Shown piece after piece: positions 1 through 10,700 of a DNA stretch of 64,000 nt (its first letter is position 1; each line of letters begins with the position of its first letter). The notes under the pieces are model-generated. The model did not search any database. It was not told the DNA's origin and saw nothing but the letters and a program-made list of their open reading frames with translations. Source of the DNA: Akkermansiaceae bacterium (GTDB lineage Bacteria; Verrucomicrobiota; Verrucomicrobiia; Verrucomicrobiales; Akkermansiaceae). The stretch spans positions 74,718 to 138,717 of the forward strand of contig JBPOGF010000012.1 of assembly GCA_051251915.1 (NCBI GenBank). Direction: 5' to 3'. The position numbers and the translations under genes are program-made.

Positions 1-622
1 CTTGATCCATCTGCTCAGGAGTGTAAATTTTGCCTACTTTGTTACCAAAGCTGTTCTGTAGATAATACGCGAGAGCTGCCATTTCAAGATTTTCTGTGCT
101 CTTATGTAGCTGAGGTCCCATATTACTATTCACGCTAACTCCAGCTGCTGTGATCGGACCATCCACACCATTGATTGCAGCCATTAAAACAGCCACTGGT
201 GATTCTATTACATATTCAGATCCAGCAAGAGGCGGGTATGCAGAGTTTCCTTTACCATCCGGTTGGTGACAACCCATGCATTTCTTGTACGTTGCTGCTC
301 CCTTCGCCATGTAAACTGCTTCTACCTCGCCCTGAGGCACTGGTGGTGGCCCGCCTGTTTCGTCAGCTTGCACGTAACCAGCTTTGACAAATTTATCATA
401 GCCGAAAAGGTTATTACTGCTGAAGAGAACACTACCTGCGATAATAGCTACGATACTTCCGGCGATGAAGATCCAGATAGACACTGGCTCCAGTCCATTC
501 TCGCGCACTTGTTGCTCACGTGATGCCGCTGCGGATGCACGAGACACTGCTGCGTGCTGCTCAGCCACATTGGTGGACTCTTCAAGATCAGGCTTTTTCG
601 GATCTGTTAGTTGAACTGACAT
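1..622 (-). CDS. Membrane-anchored monoheme cytochrome c, truncated by window edge (not in ORF track)
   Basis: Manual translation from ATG at 622: MSVQLTDPKK...one TM (VSIWIFIAGSIVAIIAGSVLF)...YKKCMGCHQPDGKG.SAYPPLAGSEYV; CxxCH heme motif; frame open to position 1. Confidence 0.85.
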   Translation of the reverse strand, partial: MSVQLTDPKKPDLEESTNVAEQHAAVSRASAAASREQQVRENGLEPVSIWIFIAGSIVAIIAGSVLFSSNNLFGYDKFVKAGYVQADETGGPPPVPQGEVEAVYMAKGAATYKKCMGCHQPDGKGNSAYPPLAGSEYVIESPVAVLMAAINGVDGPITAAGVSVNSNMGPQLHKSTENLEMAALAYYLQNSFGNKVGKIYTPEQMDQ

Positions 623-688
623 GTTGTTAAATATTGGATGATTAATTACGGATGATTTAAATGAAGTTGATTAGACTAGAGGGATGCT

Positions 689-1507
689 TTATTTCCCAGC
701 TTTCTTTTTATCCTTTGCATACTGCATCGCATAAGGAACCGCTCCATCTTTCTTGAGACTTGTTAAATAGCTGACGATTGCGCGGCAATTATCGTTAGGG
801 ATGATTTGCTCGCCGTCTTTTACAGCAACTGCATCAACTGCTCCCTGACCAAAATCACCAATCTTAGTGAAAAACTGTGGGTTAGACTGACATACTGACC
901 ACTCGTTCTCCTGACCTCTATCATCTAATCCTTCGTTGCGAGGGTTATAGAGGTGCTTGTAAACATAGAGATCTTTATCAAATGCCTTGTCACCAAGCAC
1001 TGCATTGATTTCTTTCTGAGTCATTGGTGTCTTGTCTTCCTTCTCAAGTTTGATGCCCAGAGCTTCTGCGACTCTAGCATTTTCACTTGCCTGAAGTGCT
1101 TCCAGACGATTTCCAAAGTTTCCTAGATCCGGCCCAATACGGCTCTCCCCGATGTGAGCGCGGTCTTCACCTTGGAAATCCCAAGCGTTTGTGATTCTAC
1201 GTGTATCTCCCCTCTCAGCGTCATTCTTCGTTCCGCCTTGTCCTTCACGGAATACATCCTGACCAGCGTAGGTTGGACGTGTCACCTGTGAGTGGCACAT
1301 TGCACAGCCTTCTTGTGCATAAATTAGTGATCCATTACCGGTACGGCCACTATGTGTCGGCATGTAAAGGTCGGTTCGCTCATCATTCACCTCATCATAC
1401 TGAGGAGCTTCGAGTGTGCGCATGGTACCAAATGGGACTGCAAGCATAACGAGCCATGGAAGACCAAAGCTGGCAATGAGTCCGTAGAAAAATGTCTTAA
1501 CTGTCAT
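689..1507 (-). CDS. cbb3-type cytochrome c oxidase subunit II (CcoO/FixO)-like monoheme cytochrome, divergent
   Basis: N-terminal TM, EGCAMCHSQVTRP, GESRIGPDL and HLYNPR motifs typical of CcoO. Confidence 0.8.
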   Translation of the reverse strand: MTVKTFFYGLIASFGLPWLVMLAVPFGTMRTLEAPQYDEVNDERTDLYMPTHSGRTGNGSLIYAQEGCAMCHSQVTRPTYAGQDVFREGQGGTKNDAERGDTRRITNAWDFQGEDRAHIGESRIGPDLGNFGNRLEALQASENARVAEALGIKLEKEDKTPMTQKEINAVLGDKAFDKDLYVYKHLYNPRNEGLDDRGQENEWSVCQSNPQFFTKIGDFGQGAVDAVAVKDGEQIIPNDNCRAIVSYLTSLKKDGAVPYAMQYAKDKKKAGK

Positions 1508-1548
1508 CGTATTCTAGTGAAGTAGGTTAGCTGTAAATTAGTGATCGC

Positions 1549-3057
1549 TTAGTTAGCGGAGGCGTTTGAATCCAGGGTGTCGAGTTTATCAAGATCTCCC
1601 TCTGGTCCGTGTGGTGTTGAGTGAGCGTGACGTGCAAGAAGTGTAGGATGGCTGCTGCGGCGACCAAGTCTTAGCCACATCAGTAGTAGATGAACGCAGA
1701 ACAAGAATGTCGCTATGAGGATGAACACAAAGCCAGTCGTAAGACCAATTGCATATGGGTAAAGTCTACCAACTGCAGCTTCAGTAGGCTCTCCTACTAT
1801 TTCAAGTGTGTAACCATGCATGAATCCACCAAGTAGTGTGTAGAACAATGCGATGAATGCCACACCGTAAACTGTGAGCCAGAAATGCTGACTAATCAAA
1901 CCAGCTGAGATCCATTCACGATTAGTGATACGTGGGACGATAAAGTAGATAGCTCCGAACATGCACATTGAGAAGAATCCGAGAAGCCCGGTAAGCTCTA
2001 GTCCGTATTGTGCAGTTGAAAACTGTGTATATTGAAGCGCACCAGGTAAAGCGATAAATCCACCGAGCACAGCAAAGGTAAGCATGCCCATTGCACCAGC
2101 TACCGTGAATCGAAGTGATGGTGAGTGTGCCATTGCTTCTTTGTTAGAATTAGCTGTCTTAAGTATGTTGATAACGAATGCCATTGCTGGGATAATCAAA
2201 AGAACTGCCGCACCTGCACTGAGGAACTGCAGGAATGAAGGAATTGGAGTCCCCATCATACGCTGCATACCAGCCCAAGGTCCAACTATTGCTAGTGCCC
2301 AAAATCCGAAGATCGCGAGATTATATGAGTATACCGGTCTACCAGTCACCTTAGGAGTGATGTAGTAGGCACTTGCTGCTGCTACTGGAGTGAAGAAAAG
2401 AAACATCAATGCTGATCTGAACCACGCTGTAGATGCAGTTATCATTAAAGGATGTCCATCACCTAAGTAAAGCTGAGTAAAGAGGATGCCTGATACTAAT
2501 ACCCATGGGAACCAGAAAAGTGCGGCAAGAAGATACCATTGGGAAATGTAGATGTGACCACCGCGGCGAACGCGGAAAGCAATCACTGCCCAAATGCCAA
2601 TCACGAAATAGGTAACAAGTAGAGTGATCATGATTGCTTTAGGAAATGCCATCCAGACAACACCAGTTCCTGCACCAGCAAGAACACAGAGAGTTCCGAT
2701 TGCTACCATCGCATTCCATACGTGGCCAGCTGCTAATATGATGCCAGATTTCTTTGATTCTTGACGAGACAAACGGGACATCAACCAGAGAATCACACCG
2801 AAAGCGGCCTGTGCGCCCCAACCGTAGATGAGCGTGCTCATATGCGCGGGCATCGTGCGCCCAACATTAAAGCAGGAGAAGCAGCTAAGGAAATCTGGTG
2901 AGTGGGTCTTTGCAGAAGCAATGATACCAAGAACCAGTGACACTGCTAACCATGCAGCACCGCTTGTGAAAAAGAACATCACCGGATGACGCAAAGAGCG
3001 GTCAATGTCTGCTCTGAGCTTGGTGTCTTCTAAGATTGGACTAGTTGTTGTTGCCAT
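1549..3057 (-). CDS. cbb3-type heme-copper oxidase subunit I (CcoN)-like polytopic protein, predicted catalytically inactive
   Basis: ~12 hydrophobic segments; CcoN-like motifs HIYISQWY, YYITPKVTGRPVYSY, YFIVPR, HFWL; most metal-ligand His absent. Confidence 0.8.
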   Translation of the reverse strand: MATTTSPILEDTKLRADIDRSLRHPVMFFFTSGAAWLAVSLVLGIIASAKTHSPDFLSCFSCFNVGRTMPAHMSTLIYGWGAQAAFGVILWLMSRLSRQESKKSGIILAAGHVWNAMVAIGTLCVLAGAGTGVVWMAFPKAIMITLLVTYFVIGIWAVIAFRVRRGGHIYISQWYLLAALFWFPWVLVSGILFTQLYLGDGHPLMITASTAWFRSALMFLFFTPVAAASAYYITPKVTGRPVYSYNLAIFGFWALAIVGPWAGMQRMMGTPIPSFLQFLSAGAAVLLIIPAMAFVINILKTANSNKEAMAHSPSLRFTVAGAMGMLTFAVLGGFIALPGALQYTQFSTAQYGLELTGLLGFFSMCMFGAIYFIVPRITNREWISAGLISQHFWLTVYGVAFIALFYTLLGGFMHGYTLEIVGEPTEAAVGRLYPYAIGLTTGFVFILIATFLFCVHLLLMWLRLGRRSSHPTLLARHAHSTPHGPEGDLDKLDTLDSNASAN

Positions 3058-3093
3058 GAAATTATGTTTGTTCGTCTTAAATGAATTGAAATA

Positions 3094-3426
3094 TTACTTA
3101 TACTCCTTGTTGTGTGGAACTCCAGCGTCTGCTGGCTGAGTATCGATTAGCTTAAGCTCGCTAGCTACTGAGAAGAGAGCACTTGGTGGAAGCTGAACGC
3201 TGTCACCTTCTTTTTTGTAGTCGAGAAGTGCTGCCTGTGCGACATCCACTTGCTCACGCTTGAGGAGGCGCGCCTTGCCTACTTCTGTGTCAGCGCTATA
3301 CATCTTATCGTCTTGTATGAAGTTCTTGATAACGAAACAGATAATTCCGAAAACCACGAATAGTGCGAGTCCCCACCAAAAGGTGTTGAAGCGGCGAAGT
3401 GGTGTGTCACGTAGATTATTTTCCAT
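3094..3426 (-). CDS. Small single-TM hypothetical protein inside respiratory operon
   Basis: 110-aa ORF with one TM, tightly packed between actF and the ccoN-like gene. Confidence 0.7.
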   Translation of the reverse strand: MENNLRDTPLRRFNTFWWGLALFVVFGIICFVIKNFIQDDKMYSADTEVGKARLLKREQVDVAQAALLDYKKEGDSVQLPPSALFSVASELKLIDTQPADAGVPHNKEYK

Positions 3427-3447
3427 GATGTTAGATTCTGATTAAAT

Positions 3448-4839
3448 TTAGTTATGAAGATTAGCTGACTCCAGGATTCGAGGATCGCGGTTCGGATAAG
3501 TGTTCGAGCTACCAATGTTACGAAGGAACATGAAGACGAAGAACGCACCAACTGTGATGAATGCCACGATATCACCTAAGTAAGCTGCATGCTCAACGAA
3601 GAGGTTTTCACCATGTGTAAGTGAGACTCCACGCTCAGGGATCACAGCGATGTAGAGATCAATAATGTGGTAGATCAGAATATAGCTACAGATCGAAACG
3701 ATCATCCAGTTAACTTTCTTCACATAATGTGGAAGTAGTAATACGAATGGAAGTGCGAAGTGGCCGAACACGAGTGATAAACTCCAGCCCCACCATGCAC
3801 CAGTATTTCTGAGGATGAAGTAGGAAGTTTCTTCAGTGATGTTTGCATACCAAATGAGCATAAACTGAGCGAATGATACGTATGCCCAGAAGACAACAAA
3901 TGCGAACAATAGCTTACCCATTATGTGGAAGTGCTCAGTGCTAGTCACTGTCTGGAGATACCCCTTCTTACGAAGCCAAACGAGAGTCAACATGAGAACA
4001 GCCATTGAGTTCAGTGCACAGCCGGCGAAGAAATACACACCATACATTGTGGAGAACCACTTGTAATCAAGCGCCATCATGAAATCGAGGGCTATGAATG
4101 TGGCTACTACCGCGAAGATAGGCATAATGATGCAAGAAAGCTGACGAGTTTTAATCAGACGAGCGCAAGTTGGCTTCGGATCAACATCTTGATCCATTGA
4201 CATCTTTCTCTGAATCCAAATACCAGCACCTAGTAGAGCAAAGAAGGAAATGATTCTGACTAACCAGAAAGGTAGATTCATATACCACGCTTTTTGAGCG
4301 AGTAGAGCTTCGTGAGCTGCGTTAAAAGTCGCTGCGTCAGGTGATGTGTAAGCGCCGTGCTCTGTTTTTTCTACATGAGCATGATCTAGTGTTACAATCT
4401 GGTGACGATCATTCTCGTGAGTATTACCTTCAGCATCAATGTACTCAGTGGCAATATCGCGGTGAGTTTCCATCCACTCGTAGAGATCGTTTTGCACTGA
4501 TGGAATCATCAAAGGAATTGCAATCACTGCCATGAACGGGAATACAAAACCAAGGTTCTCCATTAAGCGTCTGACTGAAACACCCCAACCTGAATTAGTC
4601 ACGTTGTGGAGCGTTGTCCAGAAACAACCACCAAGAGTGAGTGAGATGAAGAACATGAAAGCGAACAACCAGGAATAGGAATATCCGTCTCCGAATGTAT
4701 CATTCGTAAATAGGAAGAAACTAAAAATGGCTCCTACGATGAAGATTACTAGTGAGATAAGTTTAGGCAAGGCGAGGTCGCTAGACTTTACCTGCTCCCC
4801 GTTTAGTGGGAGGTCCTTTGATGTGACGTTGTGTGCCAT
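3448..4839 (-). CDS. actF: Alternative complex III subunit ActF
   Basis: Polytopic NrfD-like protein with WGVSVRR, WFSTMYG, GKLLFAFVVFWAYVSFAQFMLIWYAN motifs; operon position. Confidence 0.85.
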   Translation of the reverse strand: MAHNVTSKDLPLNGEQVKSSDLALPKLISLVIFIVGAIFSFFLFTNDTFGDGYSYSWLFAFMFFISLTLGGCFWTTLHNVTNSGWGVSVRRLMENLGFVFPFMAVIAIPLMIPSVQNDLYEWMETHRDIATEYIDAEGNTHENDRHQIVTLDHAHVEKTEHGAYTSPDAATFNAAHEALLAQKAWYMNLPFWLVRIISFFALLGAGIWIQRKMSMDQDVDPKPTCARLIKTRQLSCIIMPIFAVVATFIALDFMMALDYKWFSTMYGVYFFAGCALNSMAVLMLTLVWLRKKGYLQTVTSTEHFHIMGKLLFAFVVFWAYVSFAQFMLIWYANITEETSYFILRNTGAWWGWSLSLVFGHFALPFVLLLPHYVKKVNWMIVSICSYILIYHIIDLYIAVIPERGVSLTHGENLFVEHAAYLGDIVAFITVGAFFVFMFLRNIGSSNTYPNRDPRILESANLHN

Positions 4840-4886
4840 GGGACTGTTAGATTAAATTGTGTGTTAGATGATTGATTAAAATTTGC

Positions 4887-5558
4887 TTACTTCGTGCTTC
4901 CTGCGTCAAAGATCTCTTTGATTTTCGGATTTGTGTAGTCTGCCTTCGCGCTAGCTTGAAGCATTTTCACGTAGGCTACTACTGCCCAGCGATCATAGAG
5001 TGGAAGGTCTGACCCCATCTGCCCCATGTTACCTCGGCCATTCACAACGACGTCATAGATATTACCTTCTACTAACTTCGTTTCGCGAAGGTTACTGATC
5101 GCTGCTACAAAACCATTTGCTTTCGCGGTGCCTTCACCGTTACCTGAAGCTCCGTGACAAACTGCGCATTTGAATCCAAAAACCTCATGCCCGCGAGTTA
5201 GAAGTGCTGTAACGTTCTCTGGTTGATCAAGCTCAAGCTCCGTTGGGAAGCCTTTTCCGTAGTTAGTCTCGTTGAATCTACCTGTGTGGAGGTAAGTTTC
5301 CTTGTTACCATAACCACGAAGTTCAGACTCAGCAGTTTCTTCTGTAGTGTGCCCCATTGGAACTGTGCCTGCAACTGGCTGCTGTGACCCCATTCCGTCT
5401 TTGAAGAAGTCGGATGGTTTCTGACCTTTTATGAAATCCTGCTCATCCATATCAGGGAAGATGCGGATTGGTGGTTTTTTGAATTTGTCACCTCTGAATC
5501 CGAACGTGCTTATGACGAAAACGATGATGAGTGCGTATATGAGAAAAAAGTAGCGCAT
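4887..5558 (-). CDS. actE: Alternative complex III monoheme cytochrome c ActE
   Basis: FPDMDEQ, CAVCHG, GRGNM..M, DRWAVVAYV motifs. Confidence 0.85.
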   Translation of the reverse strand: MRYFFLIYALIIVFVISTFGFRGDKFKKPPIRIFPDMDEQDFIKGQKPSDFFKDGMGSQQPVAGTVPMGHTTEETAESELRGYGNKETYLHTGRFNETNYGKGFPTELELDQPENVTALLTRGHEVFGFKCAVCHGASGNGEGTAKANGFVAAISNLRETKLVEGNIYDVVVNGRGNMGQMGSDLPLYDRWAVVAYVKMLQASAKADYTNPKIKEIFDAGSTK

Positions 5559-5586
5559 GATGATTGAATCTTATCTGGTAGGTAAA

Positions 5587-6141
5587 TTAGTCTTCTTCTT
5601 CGACGAGTTCGATGTTTTTGCCCCCTGCTTCTTCAAGCAGAGCCTTCGTATCTTCTGGTGAGAAATTTGGATCCCTAGCTTCTACTGCGATGAAAAACCC
5701 ATCATCAGTAGAACGGTGGAACTGACGACTTGCGAATAACGGGTGATTCAATCTAGGAAGACCCATGAGGCCCAATAGACAGAACAGAACCGTAAATCCT
5801 GAGAATAAAATAGTAAGCTCAAACATGATCGGGAAGAACGCCGATGTTGTGAAAATGTTCGCTGGCTTAGCCTGCACCACTGTTGGGTAAATCATTACCT
5901 GTGTGATGTATGCCAAACTGAATCCTGTAAGTAGACCAGTTGATCCACCGAAAAATACGAAATAAGGCAAGATAGAACGTCTTAGTCCCATCGCATCGTC
6001 CATCCCGTGGATCGGATACGGTGAATAGCAGTCCCATTTTTTGAATCCGGCATCGCGCACTTTCTCAGCACCCTTGTAGAGGGCTGATGCGCTTTCGAAT
6101 TCGGCTAGATAACCGTAAACTCTTTTTACTGATGTGCTCAC
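5587..6141 (-). CDS. actD: Alternative complex III subunit ActD (DUF3341)
   Basis: YSPYPIHGMDDAMG, FFPIMFELTILF, DDGFFIAVEARDP; two TMs. Confidence 0.9.
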   Translation of the reverse strand: MSTSVKRVYGYLAEFESASALYKGAEKVRDAGFKKWDCYSPYPIHGMDDAMGLRRSILPYFVFFGGSTGLLTGFSLAYITQVMIYPTVVQAKPANIFTTSAFFPIMFELTILFSGFTVLFCLLGLMGLPRLNHPLFASRQFHRSTDDGFFIAVEARDPNFSPEDTKALLEEAGGKNIELVEEED

Positions 6142-6190
6142 TGTCTTGTGATTTGGTTAGTTGTTATTAAATTGTTACTTTAGATTTAGC

Positions 6191-7678
6191 TTAGCATTCC
6201 ATGCTGCGATTCTTATCAATCTCGTATTGGTATGCAGCCTCTGCTTCTACTCCTTCATCAGGATGTGCCTGCTTATCGTCAAAGTGTGCGTCACTCTCGA
6301 GGAGTGTCCATTTCACCTCAGCAATGTTGATACATGGTAAGAAGCGTAAGAAGAGTAAGAATAGCGTGAGGAACATACCGATAGTTCCGACAAATGTCAT
6401 CACGTCCACTGGTGACGCTTCGTAGTATTTCCAGTCACCAGGGAGCCACATACGTGGAAGTGTAGTAACAATGATTACGAATCGCTCGAACCACATACCG
6501 ATGTTCACCAACATACAGATTCCCATAACGACCCAGAGATTCTCACGGCATGCTTTGAACCAGAAAGCCTGTGGAGCAATAACGTTACAGAACATCATTG
6601 TCACGTATGCCCACCAGTAAGGACCAGTGATACGGAGCTTGAATGCTTCCATCTCGTATTTACCACCTGAGTAGTAAGCCACGAAGAGCTCCATCAAGTA
6701 GGCGTAACCAACGATGGTTCCTGTTGCCAAAATGATCTTGGACATGTTTTCGATGTGCTTCATCGTGATCATATCGTGCAGCTTGTAGATAGACCGCGCC
6801 GGGATCATGATCGTCATCACCATCGCGAATCCACCAAAGATAGCACCTGCCACGAAGTATGGCGGGAAGATAGTGGTGTGCCACCCCGGAACCGTAGAGG
6901 TCGCGAAGTCAAACGAAACGATTGAGTGAACTGAAAGAACGAGTGGTGTAGAAAGTGCTGCTAGTAGAAGATAAGCCATTTCATAATGACTCCACTGACG
7001 GTTACCACCTCTCCAACCGAGAGAGAAAATACCATAAGCAAACTTACGGATACCAGGCTTGGCCCGGTCACGGATAGTTGCCAAATCAGGAACCATTCCG
7101 AGATACCAGAAAATCAATGAAATGGTGAAGTAAGTAGAAACCGCAAATACGTCCCACAAGAGTGGTGATTTAAAGTTCTGCCAAATCGCATTCGCATTCG
7201 GAATAGGAGCTAGGAACCAAGCCATCCATACACGACCAACGTGGAACGCAGGGAAAATACCAGCACAGCATACTGCGAAGATCGTCATCGCTTCCGCAGC
7301 CCGGTTAATCGAGGTTCGCCAGTTTTGCCGCGTCAGGAACAGAATCGCCGAGATCAGCGTTCCAGCGTGACCAATACCAATCCAGAAAACAAAGTTAACA
7401 ATCGGCCAACCCCACATCGTGCGGTTTGTATTTCCCCAGACACCTACACCGGTAGAAACCAAGTAGATAAGTCCGCCTGCAACACCAACAAGTGCTATAA
7501 TTGCGGACGGGATGAATAGTAACCACCAAAGTAGAGGCTGTGGTTTTTCCACAATCCCTGCAATACGGTCGGTAATCCAAGCATATGAACGTCCATTGAG
7601 AATCAGCTTCTCGCGCTCAAATACGGGAAGAGTGATGCTGCCATCATTTTGCTCTGCCTTGTTTTCGTTATCTGCCAT
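6191..7678 (-). CDS. actC: Alternative complex III quinol-oxidising subunit ActC (NrfD family)
   Basis: [51 protein letters not shown] motifs. Confidence 0.93.
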   Translation of the reverse strand: MADNENKAEQNDGSITLPVFEREKLILNGRSYAWITDRIAGIVEKPQPLLWWLLFIPSAIIALVGVAGGLIYLVSTGVGVWGNTNRTMWGWPIVNFVFWIGIGHAGTLISAILFLTRQNWRTSINRAAEAMTIFAVCCAGIFPAFHVGRVWMAWFLAPIPNANAIWQNFKSPLLWDVFAVSTYFTISLIFWYLGMVPDLATIRDRAKPGIRKFAYGIFSLGWRGGNRQWSHYEMAYLLLAALSTPLVLSVHSIVSFDFATSTVPGWHTTIFPPYFVAGAIFGGFAMVMTIMIPARSIYKLHDMITMKHIENMSKIILATGTIVGYAYLMELFVAYYSGGKYEMEAFKLRITGPYWWAYVTMMFCNVIAPQAFWFKACRENLWVVMGICMLVNIGMWFERFVIIVTTLPRMWLPGDWKYYEASPVDVMTFVGTIGMFLTLFLLFLRFLPCINIAEVKWTLLESDAHFDDKQAHPDEGVEAEAAYQYEIDKNRSMEC

Positions 7679-7729
7679 TTTCTTAAATCTTAAATTTTTA
7701 TTTGATACTGATTAAACTGTTCTCAACCG

Positions 7730-10700
7730 TTAGTGCATGTTGATCGTTGCTCTACCGACATTAGTCGCTCCTGGCATTGCCGGGTTCGGGTTCTTCACAC
7801 GTGCCATGTATGATGTTCTAGGTCGTGTTCCGATGTAGTTTAGTAGATCATATGTCCGTGGGTTCTTGAACTCACCTTGCACGTGTGCAGGTAAGTTTTG
7901 ATCCTCGTCCCTGAGTGCTTTCGTCTTCTGGATGTCATCCTTCTTATTGAGAAGATTACCAAATACGATAGCTCCAGCGCCACAGGCGTCCTGACAGGCT
8001 ACGGTCACACTATTTGCAGGTGACATGAGCATCTCGTGATTCACTTTAAATTCTGTTGATGGCTTACCAGACTTCTGAACGCCGCGCTTCACATTTTGCT
8101 TCGCTTCGATCTTAGCTGCTGACAGACGCTGAACACAGTAGGTGCACTTCTCCATCACACCACGCATACGAACTGAAACATTCGGATTGCGCTGTAGTGA
8201 CTTAGCATCACCTTCTTGCTTCTCACCAAATGGTCCTTTGTAAAGGTTCTTGTGCAGAAGCGGGTTGCGCTTGTTGTAGTCAAAGAAATTGAATCGTCTT
8301 GCTTTGTATGGGCAGTTATTCGCACAGTAACGAGTTCCGATACAACGGTTATAAGCCATTGAGTTCAATCCGTCTTCTGTGTGAACAGTAGCATTCACAG
8401 GGCAAACAGTCTCACATGGAGCACTCTCACACTGCACACAAGCTACCGGGTTAGGAATCATCTCAAGTGGCTTGTCCCAATCTTCTGATGGGTTAGTAGC
8501 TACATGTTCATGATCGCCATGTCCGTGATCCTGAGTCTCAGCAAAATAACGATCCATTCTGATCCAGTGCATTTCGCGACCCATGGCCACTTGCACTTTG
8601 CCTACTACAGGAATGTTATTCTCAGCCTGACAAGCTACCAAACAGGCATTACAACCTGTGCATGTGCTAAGATCAATAGACATCGCCCACTGGTGTGACT
8701 TATCCCAAAGGTGAATACGGTCTTTGCCGTCTTCCCCTTTAGCATTACTTACTGGCTTGTATTGATCCACATTCTGCGGAGCGTGTGAGTCCATACCATG
8801 CTTTCTAACTTTAGAAAGTTGCTCTTTGTAATCCTTCTGGTGATCGTGACCATCCGGCTCAGTTGGCATTGTTGAAATTTCACGAGCAAGCGCACGTCCA
8901 TACATTGAATGGTGCTCCTGTGTTCTCGCTAGCTTATAGCGTTTGGATTCTACTTTACCCATGGAAATCCCACCAGCGTAGTAGTCACTAGTTCCAGCAC
9001 TTCTCAGTGTGTATGCATTGAATCCAGTGTTCACACCTACTGATGAAACATTTGCTGAATTCACTGTATAATCAGAAACTCCACCTTTAAAATTATCTTC
9101 CCAGTGTTTATCGTAACCTTGACCATAACCAAGTGGTAATGAAATCACGTTATCAGCCATGCCGAATGCTACGATAACCACAGCCTCCACCATCTGATCC
9201 CCTACTTTCAATTCAACCATTGGGCCATATAAACTTGGACCCTCACCGTCTTCAGAGACTGATGTAGTTTTCACATCGGTGCCAGTGGCTATACCGAGGC
9301 TAGCCCACCATGCTTTCTCAGCTTTCTCAAGCTCAACAATATCTTCGTAAAGGCCTAAATCTTGCGCAGTCTTTGGTGACATATAAACCGCATTATCCCA
9401 AGTCAGTTTAGAAATCGGATCTGGCGCCTCTTGGAGCCAGGCGTTGTTCACATAGCGTCCATCAAGAACTGCATAGTCAGTAGCAAATACGATATCCGGC
9501 TTAGTTGCACTTGCAGGCTCAGCTTCTTCCTTTAGAGAAACACTAGGAGCCGCACCTGCTGATGCTAATTCGTATTGATAATCTGCATTAAAACCAGTTC
9601 TTAAAAGTGTGTTCCAGTCAGCCTGTTTAGCTGCCTTACTGCCACCTTTTTTGACCTGCGCACCAAACACGCTCTTCACTACATCATATGCTGGCGAAAC
9701 CGCGCTTGCGTCAGATGAATCATGGAGTGAAACCTTATCACCCGTGAGTGCCACAAGTAACTCAAACTCCTGGATTCCACCGTAAAGCGGAAGAATCATT
9801 GGCTGAACAATCGTGTAAAGCCCTTCATCACCAGAGAATCCGTCACCCCAGCTCTCAAGATAATGGGCAGCAGGAATGTGAAGCGTAGCAGCATTTGCTG
9901 ACGCATTAGTTTGGTCACCCCAGTGAATTACCTTCTTATCAGCCACCACATCAGTGAATGATTTCCCACCAATAGTAGGATTCTCATAAAACGGGTTAGC
10001 CTGTGAAACAAGAATCACTGTCTCAAGTGAACCCGCTTCCTTCGCAAAATCTTCGATCGTCCCCAAATCAGCGTGCTGCTTACCCTTACGCGCAACAAGA
10101 ACGCCTGCTGAATATGCACCGATCGCCTTATTGATGAGATATACCACATCATGAAGCTCTTTAGCATAACGGCTACCGAGAAGAATCACACCTCCTCCAG
10201 CCTTAAGATCATCAAAACACTTCTTAGCCCAATCAAGCTTCTTACCAGTGAACGCCTTAGTTGGTGCTGCTCCCACACCAGCAAAACTAGCAAGCTGGCT
10301 AATGAATCTCCCCATCTGACTCGGAGCCAATGGCGCACGGTGATCAGCCATACCACCTGTTACAGAGTAAGTAGGCTCCACAACGTAGAGTCGGTTAAGT
10401 TGCTTCTCATAAGCTACAGGATCTTCATTGTATCCCGCACCCTCTGGACGACGACGATCATAGAAGCTCTTGACTCCACCTTGTTTATCTAACTCTAGGA
10501 AATCACAATCAAGTGACAAAATCTTACGCGCTTTAGCAAAATCAGCCTTCACCGTAGCATGCTTACCGAAAACACCAGCATCTGAAGCCTTCTTACCAGC
10601 ACCAGCAAGTGCTTCATAACTATAGAATTTCGCCCCTGCGTGCCTCGCTTTAATTTTAGCAATCAGATCAGTTCTCGTAAGCGAATCGTCTTCACCAAAG

